Source of the DNA: Eledone cirrhosa
Lineage: Eukaryota
Length of the DNA: 64,000 bases
Direction: 5' to 3'
Assembly: GCA_964016885.1 (NCBI GenBank)
Contig: OZ024743.1
Location: 126,666,001 to 126,730,000, forward strand
Positions 1 through 12,727 of the stretch are shown in pieces (the stretch's first letter is position 1; every line of letters begins with the position of its first letter). The notes under the pieces are model-generated. The model had not been told where the DNA came from. It saw only the letters and a list, made by a program, of their open reading frames with translations, and made no database searches. The position numbers and the translations under genes were made by a program.

Positions 1-399
1 GATGTGATTAATAAATGTTATTTAATGTGAACAATATAAGTAAAATAAGATAAGTTAATAGCATTCAAAAATGTTTATATTAGAGTTAATGTAGAAATGT
101 TTATGTTGGGTGTAAAGCAAAGGTTTAATATTTGGGATGTATATATTTATAGTTGTATCGTATGTGATATAGGTATAGTTTAAATATATGTACGAAGTAA
201 ACATTAATTCTACTGTTTTTGTTGCCATGTCAATATACGTATTAGAAAGATATTGTATAATTCATTCCTCTTTTTAGATTCTCTATTAAGGATTATTTCA
301 CGTTCCTGTCTGTGTAACTTCTGATAAGAATTATTTCACGAAGTCTAAAGATAACAATGTTTAAAAATAAGAAAAAGATATTCATATATATATATGGGA

Positions 400-1915
400 G
401 AAAAATAACAGCTGAATCTCAAATTATAAAGAAGAATTTAAAAAAGAATCCAGCGAATAAAACCCCTTTTTGAAGAAAGCAAAAATCGACACCACGAAAA
501 CTCTCACTAACACCACCCACAAAAACGCAACTCCAATATTCAGATTATCTAAGAGAACGTCAATATAGACGAGACTTTGACAGACATTTTGAAGAAAGAA
601 AAATCAGAAGATTTCCAAGACAACCTCCACCATTTCAACTCATAAATAGACCAACAAGGAGTAATAACAGACCACACACCCGGATGTACCTCAACAATCC
701 CGGACAAAACAGAATAATCACAAGGAAAATACATATAAAGACAGAACAATAAACATAAATCCAAACTTCAGAGAGAATAGACCCAACACAGGGAACTACA
801 GAAATAATTTCAGACTGAACCAAGACCAATACACAACACAAGTTTAAGGAACAGTATAAAGGATACAATAGGGAAATACATAACAATTACAAAAATTACT
901 ACATACAAAATACTAATAGGAGGAATAATATAGAATATACCTCCCTAATGACCGTTTTCTTAGAGATGAATCAGAAGTACAGGGACACGAGATGGCCCAA
1001 AGTCATGAAAAACCGAAGATAATCAGCCTTTCACAAAAATCACTAACACCCACGCAAACATATATCCTAAATAAAGGATTAACATTTACACCATCACCTC
1101 AAACACCAAATATAGCAGAAATTAAAGATGATATTTCGGATTTCTGTAAAAGACTCAGACTAGCGGAATATTTTTTTAAAGAAGATAGTGACAAATCAAT
1201 AGTAGAAAAAACAAAACAAAAACAAAAAAGAATACCAACTCCAAGGGGCTGAGATGCAGCCCTGGATGAATTCTGTGACCACATCTCAAACTTCCCAATT
1301 GAAAACCTGAAAACGCCACAAACAAAGTCAAACTTCAGTAGACAACAATGGAAACAACTAAATGAACTAAAACGGGATAAAGATATTATTATAAAAGAAG
1401 CTAGCAGAGGAGGAGGAGCAGTTGTCATAATGGGCACAGACATTATGCAGAACATGCTACGAGACATTACATACTATAAAGAAACCAAAGAATACAAACG
1501 GCATAAAGTGATGAAGTAACCCACATACATACCGAACCTGTCTAACAGACAAGGAATTTAGAGGTAAAACAAGCAATCTCTATGGACTATCTAAAGTGCA
1601 TAAACACAAACTAATTAATGAGGCATGCAAGATGATGAAAACAAACCGTGTAAATATACCCACACCAATCGTCTTAAAACTAAGACCCATCATAGCAGGC
1701 CCAATTTGTGAGACACGTTGCCTAAGTAATTCAACTTGACTTCTTATTTAAAACCGCTCATCCGGAGTTTCATACGAGATTACCTAAATTTTCTCAACCA
1801 TCTATCAAATATAGTAAGCCAAAATATTTATATAGTTTCATTTGATGTTGTGAACTTATATAGCAACTTCCCTCACGACTACGGAATCGAAGCTATCCAA
1901 TTCTGGCTAAACGCA
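400..1915 (+). mobile_element. Degraded Penelope-like retroelement (N-terminus and RT region)
   Basis: Broken frames give PLE-typical motifs: IISLSQKSLT..ILNKGLTFTP (ORF 992), IIIKEASRGGGAVVIM (~1385, cf. KxADKG), YGLSKVHK (~1581), LRPIIAG (~1680), SFDVVNLYSNFPH (ORF 1736). Multiple stops and frameshifts. Confidence 0.8.
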
Positions 1916-2820
1916 TTCTCGCTACTTGCTTGAGCAGGTCGAAGTGATGCTTCTCTTTCGAGTCACCGGAGTCGAAATGGCTTAAAGAAAAAAGTTATCT
2001 CATTTCATCCCAAGCTAGCCAGACGACTGACGCCAACCGAGATAAAGAGAAATAACAGCCAGATGTCATTCGGGGATCAGTATGTATGAAGAGATTTCGC
2101 TACACATTAATGTTTTTCATTTTTTGACACACTCTACCTTAAATGTTTGCATGCACAGACGCACACACAGATTTCATTCATGTAGGGATATTGTAAGATT
2201 TTCTTGCGCGACTAGTTGACGTAACGGAATAGCTTACGCATTGCAACAGTCTAGACTGAAAGAGGCTCGCAAATTAAAAGAAATGAGCAGACGCATTCGC
2301 TACTTGCAATTGCAAACAACGCTGATAGCTTTACGTCAACCTAGTCACACGTTCCCAAATGACTGCGGAATGCACTTCGTTTTTTTTTTCAATATATGTA
2401 GAGCAACTCACGGCCCCACGTAACTAAAGCCAGCATAAATCTCAATTCCGCAAATTTTTTCTTTTGTTTTGGAATTTCGCTACCTATTTTGTTATCGATA
2501 TGGGCGGGGAACTAATGCAACGAAATCTCTTCGCACATACTGATCCCCGAATGACATCTGGCTGCCAATTCTCTTTTTCTCGGTCGTCTGGCCAGCTTGG
2601 GGTGAAGTGAGATAAGTTTTTCTTCAAGCAAGTAATGCGATGTGGCACTTAGCATAGCAAAAAGTTTTGGCCTTGTCGACAAGGGCTCCGACAGCAATTC
2701 TTCCATCAGCACTTCAACCACACACATAATCATATGCCTCTTCATATAGACAACACAGTTCTCTTGCACAGCGAGCAAACTGCTACCTATGCTGGTATGT
2801 ACATCCTGAAACAACTTGTC
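1915..2820. repeat. Inverted pair of a dispersed repeat (1915-2110 vs 2512-2640), with a third diverged copy at ~5690-5872
   Basis: cagccagatgtcattcggggatcagtatgt (~2056) is the reverse complement of acatactgatccccgaatgacatctggctg (~2534). A similar sequence occurs at 5690-5872. Confidence 0.6.
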
Positions 2821-3074
2821 ACTTTGTAATCTAACGTAGCATAATAAACATATTATTTTTCCTTTTTGCTGAAATGAAGAAAAGTTATATCTCTAACCAG
2901 AATTATAGTATTTGTCGTGTTTATCATCCTCTTCAACAACAACCACTAACTTCGCTTCATATATATTGGTTATTAGAAAAACAAAGCACATTTGTTGACG
3001 TTCAATGATACGTTTATTAATAATAGTTTCCCTTACATGTGTTTTAGTACATTACGTAACTGACGGCCTGTGTC

Positions 3075-3432
3075 GGACGCCATGCTTTGCAGCAAAGAGT
3101 TACGGCCTTTTATGGTCTGAGTTCAAATCCCGCCAAGGTTAACTTTGCCTTTCATCCTTACGGGGTCGATAAAATAAAGTACCAGTAATACACTGAGTAA
3201 TTGCTGGCCTTGTGCCAAAAGTGGAAACAATTATTACAGGGCGGTGAATTGGCAGTATCGGTAGAGCTCAGACACCATGCTTTGCAGCATAGAGTTATGG
3301 CCGTTTATGTTCTGTGTTGAAATTCCGCCAAGGTTAACTTTGTCTTTCATCTTTACAGGGTCGATAAAATAAAGCACCAGTAATACACTGGGGTAATTGC
3401 TGGCCTTATGCGAACAGTAGAAACAATTATTA
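3075..3432 (+). mobile_element. Two tandem tRNA-derived SINE copies (Nin-domain type): partial 3075-3236, full 3239-3432
   Basis: tRNA-like head ggcggtgaattggcag...gttcaaatcccgcc, core ctttcatccttacggggtcgataaaataaagtaccag and tail aaacaattatta. The same family recurs at 10985, 20396, 21370 and 33531. Confidence 0.8.
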
Positions 3433-3485
3433 CACAGTTCATGATTACACACTACGCTGTTGCTTTAATGTATCTCACCAAAGGG

Positions 3486-3487
<2 letters not shown>

Positions 3488-3564
<77 letters not shown>
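3488..3564. repeat. (GT)n microsatellite
   Basis: Pure GT run. Confidence 0.97.
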
Positions 3565-3568
<4 letters not shown>

Positions 3569-4344
3569 ATAAGAGTGGGTAAATGGAAAAGAAAAAGAGT
3601 GAGGAGGAAATTTCATTAACCTAGAAACAATTGTGAAACTATATTGAAACATTATGTAATTCATGTACTACGACAGAAACTCCCTCTTCCTCTCATACCT
3701 CTTTGAAACATAATGGACGGTTCTTACGTTCTTTCGTTCGCTTATTATGCTACTCTGACGAACAGAACTTTAGGTGAATGTTGCCTCATCGTCCCAGTAA
3801 ACAGAATTGAAAAAGCGTTAACTCCGGAAGATATCAAGAGAGATATACTGAAAGATAATAGCCGATAGTATAAAATAGACATTCTCTAATTTCTGAAATT
3901 GTACCTTGATGTATTTTGCCTGTAGATGGTTTGGCTGATAATTGTTTTGAGAAAGCAAAATACAAATATTTCAACTGAAATTAAAAACGTCTGCAGGTAA
4001 ATAGATTAATTTGCCATTTGGCCAGGTTCCAAGTGCTGGGGAGTAACACATGTTATATCACAAACTGTGTTACTTAGAATAATTGCGTTTATTATTCCGT
4101 GTATGAAGGGATATTACTATAGTAACGCTATATATGTCATATCGATCGGTGGACCTCCGTCCGTTTCAGTGATAAGTGTTTCAGCTTTTAGATCATCGGA
4201 AAACCTTGCTCATGAAATAATCGTGTAAATGGCTGAGCATTCCAGAGACGAGTGTATTCATAACTTAAATTCTTAGGGTGATTTGATGTGACCCAGTGTG
4301 AGACAAGGCGGAAAATTTGAATTACATATATAGCCCATCCAACG

Positions 4345-4495
4345 GGTTCCCAGGCTCCCAAATAATTTCTGTCAACCCAATATTTCTCACAAGTCTTGGG
4401 CCGCCCCACAGCTATGGTAAATAACATTTGCCCAAGTGTCACGCATCGAGATTGAACCCGGGATCTAATGGTTGCAAGACAAACCTTTTCACTTT
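4345..4495 (-). mobile_element. Degraded SINE of a second family (related copy at ~8680-8836, + strand)
   Basis: Reverse complement has cccgggttcaatc...cttgggcaaatgttatttaccatagc...gggttgacagaaa, matching gaggcaagtgtcatttaccatagc...gggttgacggtaa at ~8755-8822. Confidence 0.55.
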
Positions 4496-4499
4496 TCGA

Positions 4500-5140
4500 C
4501 CATGTCTCAACGTTTTCAGTTTGTTCAGAGAGTTCTTTGAATTTGGATGCAATAGTAATCGCATACGTGGTCCTAACCTCATCAGCCAGCACTTCCCACT
4601 GTATCCGTTGCTCGAGCTGGATCTGCCAGCTTTGTGGGTTTTCTTGACTTTAGGTAGTCTCAGGGCGCAGATAACAAGATGGTGATCAGTTGACAACTCA
4701 GTCCCTCTATTAAAACAAGCATCCAGCACAGCAGTGAAGAGATTAGAGACAATAAATAAATAAGTTACTAACCCCTGCCCTCGAGTTCCCTTTTATGATG
4801 TATACTCATGGATATATTTGTGCTGGAAGGTGTTCACAATAGAGAGCCCATTACTAGAACAAAAGTTTAATAAGGCCTCTCCGTTCGCATTTCGATAGAG
4901 ATCACCGATCCTTCGAATCACTCGTTTCCATGCCAGGTGATCAGTGTCATTGAAGTGCATTGAAGTCTTCCATTGGGATATAAGACTCAGTCGCAACCTC
5001 ATCTTTCGCTGCAGTTACTTCATCAAGGAAGAATCTGTATTCGAACTCTTTGCCGTATAAACTTGCTCCATCCACGGAGATCTTTCTTTCATCCAAAGCT
5101 TCAAGAGGCAAATCCTCTTTCCCAGTGGAATCCATTCCTT
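4500..5140 (-). mobile_element. LINE (RTE-like) AP-endonuclease fragment
   Basis: Minus-strand motifs MEDFNA (GDFNA-like), NANGEALLNFCSSNGLSIVNTFQHK and RGTELSTDHHLVICALRL; frameshifted. Confidence 0.8.
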
Positions 5141-5869
5141 AACACATATTCCGGTAGAGGAGGAGCCATGCATATATATATATATATATATATATGTGTG
5201 TCGATTGTATATATTTTAGATGTAGCGTGGGAGATGACTTGAGTTCAGTATTATTGTTCGTTTTGGCGTGGCAGATGTAATTGTAATGCTGTTGGCTTGA
5301 TGGGGGATTCCGTGAATTGCTCTCTCTCATATAAGTGTTGTGAGAAAATTGTGACTTGGCAAATGAATTGAGTCAGTGTGTCGAGATGTGTGGCTGCAAT
5401 CGTTGTCATAGTCAGTAGTTGAAAGTTGACGGTTGAAAGTAAAGCTGCCATTAACAATATTCGATTAACAATAACAAACATCGCTTCTTTAAGAATTTTT
5501 ATTAAGAAATAACTCACGTGGAATCTATTGTTGACAATGCAGGAAACAACGAGGAACCAAGTGGATGTTGTGTTGTTTGAGTGGTTGGTTTGCCTGAATG
5601 CAGTAGTAGTGTGATAAGATGCATTGAGCTAACCTTTATCGAGGTACCAACCCTGTCGAGAAGGATGAAGTTTTTTTATTTTTAGCTAAGCGCTTCATTT
5701 CTCTACTACTTGAGCAACTCGAAGTGATGTCCTCTTCCGAGAAACGAGAGCGGAAAGGCTTTAAGAAAATCTTATCTCAAATAACCCTAAGTTGGCCAGT
5801 TTCTCCATATATAAAGAAAAACTGAACATCGTGTCGTTTAGGGGTCAGTATATGTGGAGAGATTTTGCT

Positions 5870-6186
<317 letters not shown>

Positions 6187-6497
6187 TACACCGCACACAT
6201 ATAAATGTATGTACACTGAACATTGCTGGATGAAGGAGAAGCGGGAGAAAGAGAAAAAAAGATGAGGAGATCCACATTTATCTTATTGTCCAGTCTGCTG
6301 GATATGTGGCTTGTTTCCGTAGCAATGTCCACTCTGTCTAAATTTGGTTGACTCATGTGTGTTGAAAGAACAGTATTGATTTGTTCCATTAGTTCAACAC
6401 ATCATGTTTAACATTTATGGCTATAGATTTTTGTATGTATGTATGTATGTATGTATGTATGTATGTATGTATGTATGTATGTATGTATGTATGTATG

Positions 6498-6870
6498 TTT
6501 CTCTTTCTCTTAATTTCGAGTACATTTTTGACCGGCCACCTTCCTGGTGGCAAGGTTGTAAAAGAAAAGAAATTGTCTTCCCTTGAATCGCAAGAAGGGT
6601 TTGCCAGATATCGCGGCCGTTTGTTCGAAGAATATGAATTAGGGAGCTGCGCTCTTTGTTCACAAATCCAAGTTCAATCATACTTTGGTTCAAGCGGGTT
6701 GGTATATAACATGTAGCTCTAATAATAATGGGTATAAAGTTGAAGGTATATCTTGGATACTGGATTTGCAAACTCCTTATCAATGGTCCGTATATGTCCT
6801 CCACCTGTATTTTTCTTACAACGTTGACATCAAGTGGCTAGCTGATCTCTACAACAGAGCACTTTTTCAA
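6498..6870 (-). mobile_element. 3' fragment of an RLE-type non-LTR retrotransposon (R4/Dong/NeSL-like)
   Basis: Minus frame KCSVVEIS*PLDVNVVRKIQVEDIYGPLIRSLQIQYPRYTFNFIPIIIRATCYIP resembles the C-terminal restriction-like endonuclease. It is flanked by (TATG)n at 6433-6497 and 6871-6890. Confidence 0.65.
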
Positions 6871-6902
6871 TGTATATATATGTATGTATGTAACAAAACC
6901 TG

Positions 6903-7360
6903 TCAAAGGGCAAAGGAGCTCTTAAGAGTCAATGACCATCCAAAATCACCGGGAGAGATGACCCCTTAGCCTTTGTCAAGGCAGAATTATAGGAGAAGGA
7001 AAACTCTGATATAAAACCTGCAACCCTGATGGTATCCAATGATGTTGACTTGTTCTTCTTTTTGGTAAATATCATCTTGGTTAAGAGAGTGGGACTGGCT
7101 TTGTGCAGTGCCTTTGTTCACTATAAAAGCTTCACGGCACAGGCATTGCTTTATATCTGGAGATCTCTCTGCACTTGTCATCACATGGTACCATGGGCCC
7201 AGCACTATGTGTCAGTAATTGTCACAAGTGTAGTGTTTGTACCAGAGTTTTCAAGTCGCTGGCTGGACTAAAAAGTCACACTCGTTCAGCGTATCGGTAG
7301 GGGTTCTCCTACATGGATATAAAGTAGTGGTCGTACTCGAAAACGAGTTGGCAACCACCA
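6903..7360. repeat. ~460 bp microsatellite-flanked dispersed repeat, copy 1
   Basis: Near-identical to 12728-13185; ends in a hairpin directly abutting (TATG)n. Confidence 0.9.
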
Positions 7361-7439
7361 TGTATGTATGTATGTATGTATGTATGTATGTATGTATGTA
7401 TGTATGTATGTATGTATGTATGTATGTATGTGAGGTCCG

Positions 7440-8105
7440 AACGAGTATCCTCTACTTCCAACTAACTTACCCTCCGCCTCAGGGTCCCGGCCGAATGGAT
7501 GGAAAATGCATTGCCATGGAGGGTGGTGAGGGAGACACGCTGGAACAGCCACTCCACCTCGTGGGGCTCACACCTGTGGGCGGCCAACTCTGCTCCGGTA
7601 GCAGTGAGCAGGAATGTGGTCCGGAGACCAAGAACGCCGGAAGTCGCCACTGTTAGAGGCTCTACCATAAACCTATCAGAGAACGGCCGATACTTGGACA
7701 GTTTTCCCTCTTCAGCCTACGGGCAGCGAAGCTTGGGCTGGTAGCCGAATGTACCAGGTTGCCGCTAGAGAAGGTGTCACAACATGTGCCATCCCAGATG
7801 AGGGGCCTACCCCTGCGTAACAGGAAGATTGCCATGTCGTCTTGCATTTTGCCGTCCTCTCGGTCTAACCCCGTTGGCTCGAGCAGGGAAGAGAATCCTG
7901 CGCCGTTCAGGCCATGATTTATGATCTCATTGAGAACAGCATGGCGTGAGAGGCGACCAGCGCTGTAACGGCATGACAGTGGGTGGTGACCAAAAGGATC
8001 CACAGTGGAACCGCAGCGGCATTTGTAAGTTTCACAAACCCAGAGGTCGAGCCTCAGGGAAACACCGATGCGCAAGCAGACACTGTCCAGCTGGGGACTA
8101 GTCAC
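7440..8105 (-). mobile_element. CRE-clade non-LTR retrotransposon 3' fragment (Zn knuckle plus RLE)
   Basis: ORF 7662-8105: CRCGSTVDPFGHHPLSC...RHAVLNEII...LEPTGLDREDGKMQD...LIWDGTCCDT. A homologous copy lies at 20755-21275. Confidence 0.8.
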
Positions 8106-8107
8106 AA

Positions 8108-8586
8108 GTGGTTGTTGTTGTTGTTGTTGTTGACGTTGGACTGACAGAGCAGGCCTCTAGTTCCATTTGCCCATCAAACCATGTTGTCGTTGTTGTTGTT
8201 GATGTTGCTGTTGTTGTTGTTGTTGTTGTTGTTAGCCTGGTAGAGCAGACCTATGGTTCCATTTGTTCATCAAATCATGTTGTTGTTGTTGGTGGTGGTC
8301 TGGTTGAGCAGAGCTATGATCAAAGGAGTTCCAGCATTCACCTTTCCGTCATGTGTAACTTACGACAACATTATCAAATGTGTTCTTCCATTTATATAGT
8401 GTGATAGGAAGGGGATTTGGTTGCTATTTCTAGCAAGTTCGTTGTTGTTTATTCAGAGGGGAAAACTTACTGAGCAAATATATAATTGGCGCGCGCGCGT
8501 ATATATGTGTGTATTTGTGTGGCGTATGCGTGTGTGTGTACGTGTGCATTGTGTATCTGTGTATGTGTGCGTGTGTGTGTGTAGTT

Positions 8587-8622
<36 letters not shown>

Positions 8623-8652
8623 ATAGTAGTAGTAGTAGTAGTAGTAGTAGTT
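8108..8652. repeat. (GTT)n, (GT)n and (TAG)n simple repeats with short interspersed units
   Basis: Direct inspection. Confidence 0.85.
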
Positions 8653-8998
8653 AAAATGCCCATTTATTTTCCTTATGGACTCAGTATTGCCAAATATTTA
8701 AGTTCGTCTCGCAATCATAAAGTTCCGGATTCGTTCGAACTGCATAGCGTCTGAGGCAAGTGTCATTTACCATAGCTTCGAATCGACCCAAGCTACGTGA
8801 AAGAATTTGGGTTGACGGTAACTGTCTGTAAGCCCGCCTGGTGAACTAACTGCACATATAAATCTGAGATTTGTGGTACACATGTCTGTGAATGCTCAGC
8901 CTCGTAAACTATATTACAATATAGACTACTTGCAATTCAATGGGTCGGTTTTGTCATGCACTGTGTCATGTTGAGTCTCCTTAAGAATGATCCTAAAG

Positions 8999-9185
8999 CA
9001 GAGTTACCCAAACTTTTTCAAACTCGGAACCCTTTTTTGTTCAGAAAAGTTTGGAGGGAACCCTAAGGTCTAATACTGTTATATGGTCGTAATATAAATA
9101 TACTCCTGTACCTTTTTTTCACAGAACTCAAGACACTCCTTTGCGGAGCCCTTGGGTTCCGCCGAACCCACTTTGGGAGCCACTG
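8999..9185. mobile_element. hAT (Charlie-like) MITE with 8 bp TSD
   Basis: TIRs cagagttacccaaact / actttgggagccactg; perfect TSD TCCTAAAG at 8991-8998 and 9186-9193. Confidence 0.88.
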
Positions 9186-9737
9186 TCCTAAAGGTAGCGT
9201 ATCGGTAGATTACTCAACATTACATTACAATATGGATTATACTTTTAATTCAAAGCGAAGCGTCAGCCTAGCCATACACTATGTCACGCTGAATCTCTCT
9301 GAGAATTATGTTAATGGTACACGTGTCTGCGGAATACTTAGCAATTTTCATGTTAATTTAGAAGTGAGGAAATGGAATTATTAACCCTAGATATGGGTCA
9401 TCCCAGATACTGTTAGCTGGAGCAAGTGACTGGGGCTTGTATAAGGTAGAGTAGTCATTATCTACTATCCAAGGTATTCCATTACCACTGATAGGAGCCT
9501 ATCCCAGGAAGTCAGCTGGAGCCAACTGTATCTGGAATTCGTGTACGGTAGAACCGTCACGCCCTACTTATAATGACTAAGCCTGCTAGTATAGTTAAAT
9601 ATTTACAGTATCTAATTTCAAAAGAGAGGAAACAGCAGGCTTTCTCTAGTGATATACGGAACACGACTAGATTTATACCTTGGGGTCCTGAGGCAGTTCA
9701 GGTTTGGTGGGACTCTCGTATAACGAGGCACACACAG

Positions 9738-9800
<63 letters not shown>

Positions 9801-10194
9801 GACATAAGCAGGAAGAGAGAGAGAGAGAGAGAGAGAGAGGGTGGGAAGAGAAAGACAGCAGAGACTGAATAGAGTGGAAATAAAGGACTCGTCATTGTGT
9901 ATATACACATACTCATACCCACACACAAGCATATAACCACACACACACACACACACACATATAAATATATGCACACATCAAGCACCATCATTGATAAACT
10001 ATACATACACATACATATGCGTACATATACACTATATGCTTTCGCCAATTCGTGTCGCTAAAGTAAAGAACCTTTGATAAATTGACACTAAAGTGACCTT
10101 AATTACATTTTTAAAAACCTACTCTCTAAGATAAAATTAACTTTTATGAAATGGGGATCCTGATCGGTGAGGGCTTTGGGCATATTTCCCTGGT

Positions 10195-10660
10195 GATATG
10201 TGGCAATACTGCCCCCCTAAGATCATTACGTACGTGGTGTTGGTGTCCCTCTGAGATCCATAGATATATGATAATGTTGTCGTCCTGAGAACAATAGATA
10301 TGTGTTGCTTCACTGAGAGCCATAGGTATGTAGTGATACCATAGATATGTGGTAATGGTGTCTCCCTGAAAGACATAGATATATAGTAATGGTGTCGCCC
10401 TGAGAGCAATGTGGGATATGTGACCACGAAAAGCAATAGGCACGTTGTAATATTGTCGGATAAGGGAGGAGGAGAAGAGAAGAAGGAAGAGGAAGTCCAC
10501 TGTTGTTTTACTGTCCAGTCAGTTGGAAATGTGGGTTGTTTCCGTAGTAATGACCACTCCATCCATATATATATATACGGCAATGGTGTCACCCTGGGAG
10601 CTATAGGTACGTGGTAGTCGCCCTGAGAGCCATAGATACGTTGTAATGTTGTCTTTCTGA
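10195..10660. repeat. Degenerate ~34 bp minisatellite interrupted by a ~100 bp dispersed repeat
   Basis: Units like gtggtaatggtgtcgccctgagagccatagatat. The insert at 10465-10570 resembles 6232-6340. Confidence 0.7.
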
Positions 10661-10717
10661 TCTTAATAATACTGATCTTATTTTTCTGTCTGAAATTGTT
10701 GTTTGTAATGTATGATT

Positions 10718-10930
10718 AGTGGAGGCGCGTGGCCTAGTGGTAAGGGCATTGGACTTACGATAATAATGCCGTGGGGGAAATGAGTACCAGCAATAGCTGG
10801 GAGTTTAACCCTACGATGGATTAGCGTCCTGACCAGGAGGAAGTCCTGTACATTCTGGCTTCATGCCATTAAACCGGGATAAGCACTGCCCTAACGAGTC
10901 TTAAATGGCTTTAGACAGACTAGAAACTTA
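10718..10930 (+). mobile_element. tRNA-derived SINE (third family, internally deleted) with 12 bp TSD
   Basis: A-box tggcctagtgg; core aaccctacgatggattagcgtcc...aaaccgggataag; TSD taatgtatgatt at 10706-10717 and 10931-10942. Confidence 0.8.
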
Positions 10931-11544
10931 TAATGTATGATTCAGCACATCTTGTATTTTTCTAAGATTAAGTATTCATTAACTTCTTTTGCCTTTCATC
11001 CTTACGGGGTCGATAAAATAAAGTACCAGTAAGGCACTGGGTAATTGCTGGCCTTGTGCCAAAAGTAAAAACAATTATATAACTTTTTCAACAGTGATAG
11101 CACCCCCACCCCTTGGCTAAGGAATAATCTCCAGTCTATAAATGATAAAATTAACAACTTCCTGTGATCTAGTCTTATCAATCAATGGGTTATATTATCT
11201 CTATTATAGAATTTCAATCTTGGAAAATAAATAGCTTCTTCCATGACAACCAATCCAATTTTTCCAGAATCTATGCAATTTTATTACAAATATTTAAACA
11301 TCTCTTATGAGATTTAGAAGTTATTTTAAATTGAACCAAATATTAAACAACAAAATAAACAACATACAAAGAAAGATAACAAAACTAACTAACGCAAGCA
11401 AATGCAAATCCCTTTGATAGAGGAAAAAAATGTTTTGAAGTTATTTTTATAACTTCGGAAAATATTTGTTATAAGATGGACAGGAAGTACCAATTTCTTC
11501 TCCCCCACCTCTCTCTGTATATATATATAGTTTTAATATAGATG

Positions 11545-11595
11545 AGATTCTACAGGTCTCGAACTGTTTCATTCTTTAGAAATCATCAGGAATCT
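11545..11595 (-). ncRNA. Candidate type I hammerhead ribozyme (probably Penelope-associated)
   Basis: Minus strand AGATTC-CTGATGA-tTTCtaaaGAAt-GAAACAG-ttcgagac-CTGTA-GAATCT: 6 bp stem I, full core, 4 bp stem III, GUA triplet. Stem II closes with a U-U mismatch. Confidence 0.65.
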
Positions 11596-11948
11596 GGCTT
11601 TCCAAAAGTAAATGTAGTGGTATTTATATCTTTTCAGGTGCATATATATGTCTTTAGACAGCATATATATGTGAAGGTATGTATATTTCCTCTGATAGTT
11701 TGTAAAATTTTTACATAGATCTATATGGTATACATACCAACACACATATATATACTAGAAACGATCGTAAAATGATGAATTTTTTAATATAAGGAACTTG
11801 TTCTTTGTTTTTATTCATTGTTTTTATTAATTTATCTTGACTCTGTTTTCCTGTGATTTTCATCGAAAAATTTTTGAATGCATCTTCTCTTTTCATGAGT
11901 TCTTCATACGGATTGGACACTACCGTATATTTTGGTAGATTTATCTAC

Positions 11949-11981
<33 letters not shown>

Positions 11982-12479
11982 TACATATACATATATATAT
12001 ATACACATACATACATACATACACATATATATATATATAATAATAAGGGTTAACGGACCCACCATATTTATCAATGTCAGTACCGGTTGTATCTCAGCGC
12101 ACTCAATGGGCAATGTAAGATACATTACCAGAGTATGCACATAGTTATTTGCCTCAACACACGTAAAACGGGTGCCTATAAGGTTCCCGAACTAATTAGT
12201 TTCTGAAAGGGGATATACATAATTTCCAAATGGAGACCATGGAGAATCCTTTCTTCACCAGGGAGTCATTCTCTGCTAAGATTCCTGGCGATTCGCAGAC
12301 ACAGGGATCGAATACAAAAATAATTCAGTGGATGGAGAAGAGCTAGCGTGGACTAAATCCCAAGCCATTGAAAACTTCACCGCCTTCCTGGTCAGCGGTA
12401 AATTCAAAAGAATCAATCACTTGACATCGAGGTTAATCAGTGAGGAGTGGGGTATACATATATATATATATATACATAT

Positions 12480-12548
<69 letters not shown>

Positions 12549-12549
<1 letters not shown>

Positions 12550-12703
12550 CGAAGGAAATGTGGTAAGGAACCAGATAGCCGTCGAAACGGCTTGAGCTCA
12601 GTCGTCGGGGTCCGACTCGTTCCTATTACCCACTCTACTACCCTAAGTATTGAGTACTTTGGTGCGGTATGGTCCACCTGGTTCCTTACCACATTTCCTT
12701 CGT
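12549..12703. mobile_element. 155 bp MITE with 26 bp perfect TIRs inserted in (TA)n
   Basis: acgaaggaaatgtggtaaggaaccag ... ctggttccttaccacatttccttcgt, flanked by TA. Confidence 0.85.
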
Positions 12704-12727
12704 TATATATATACATATATACATACA

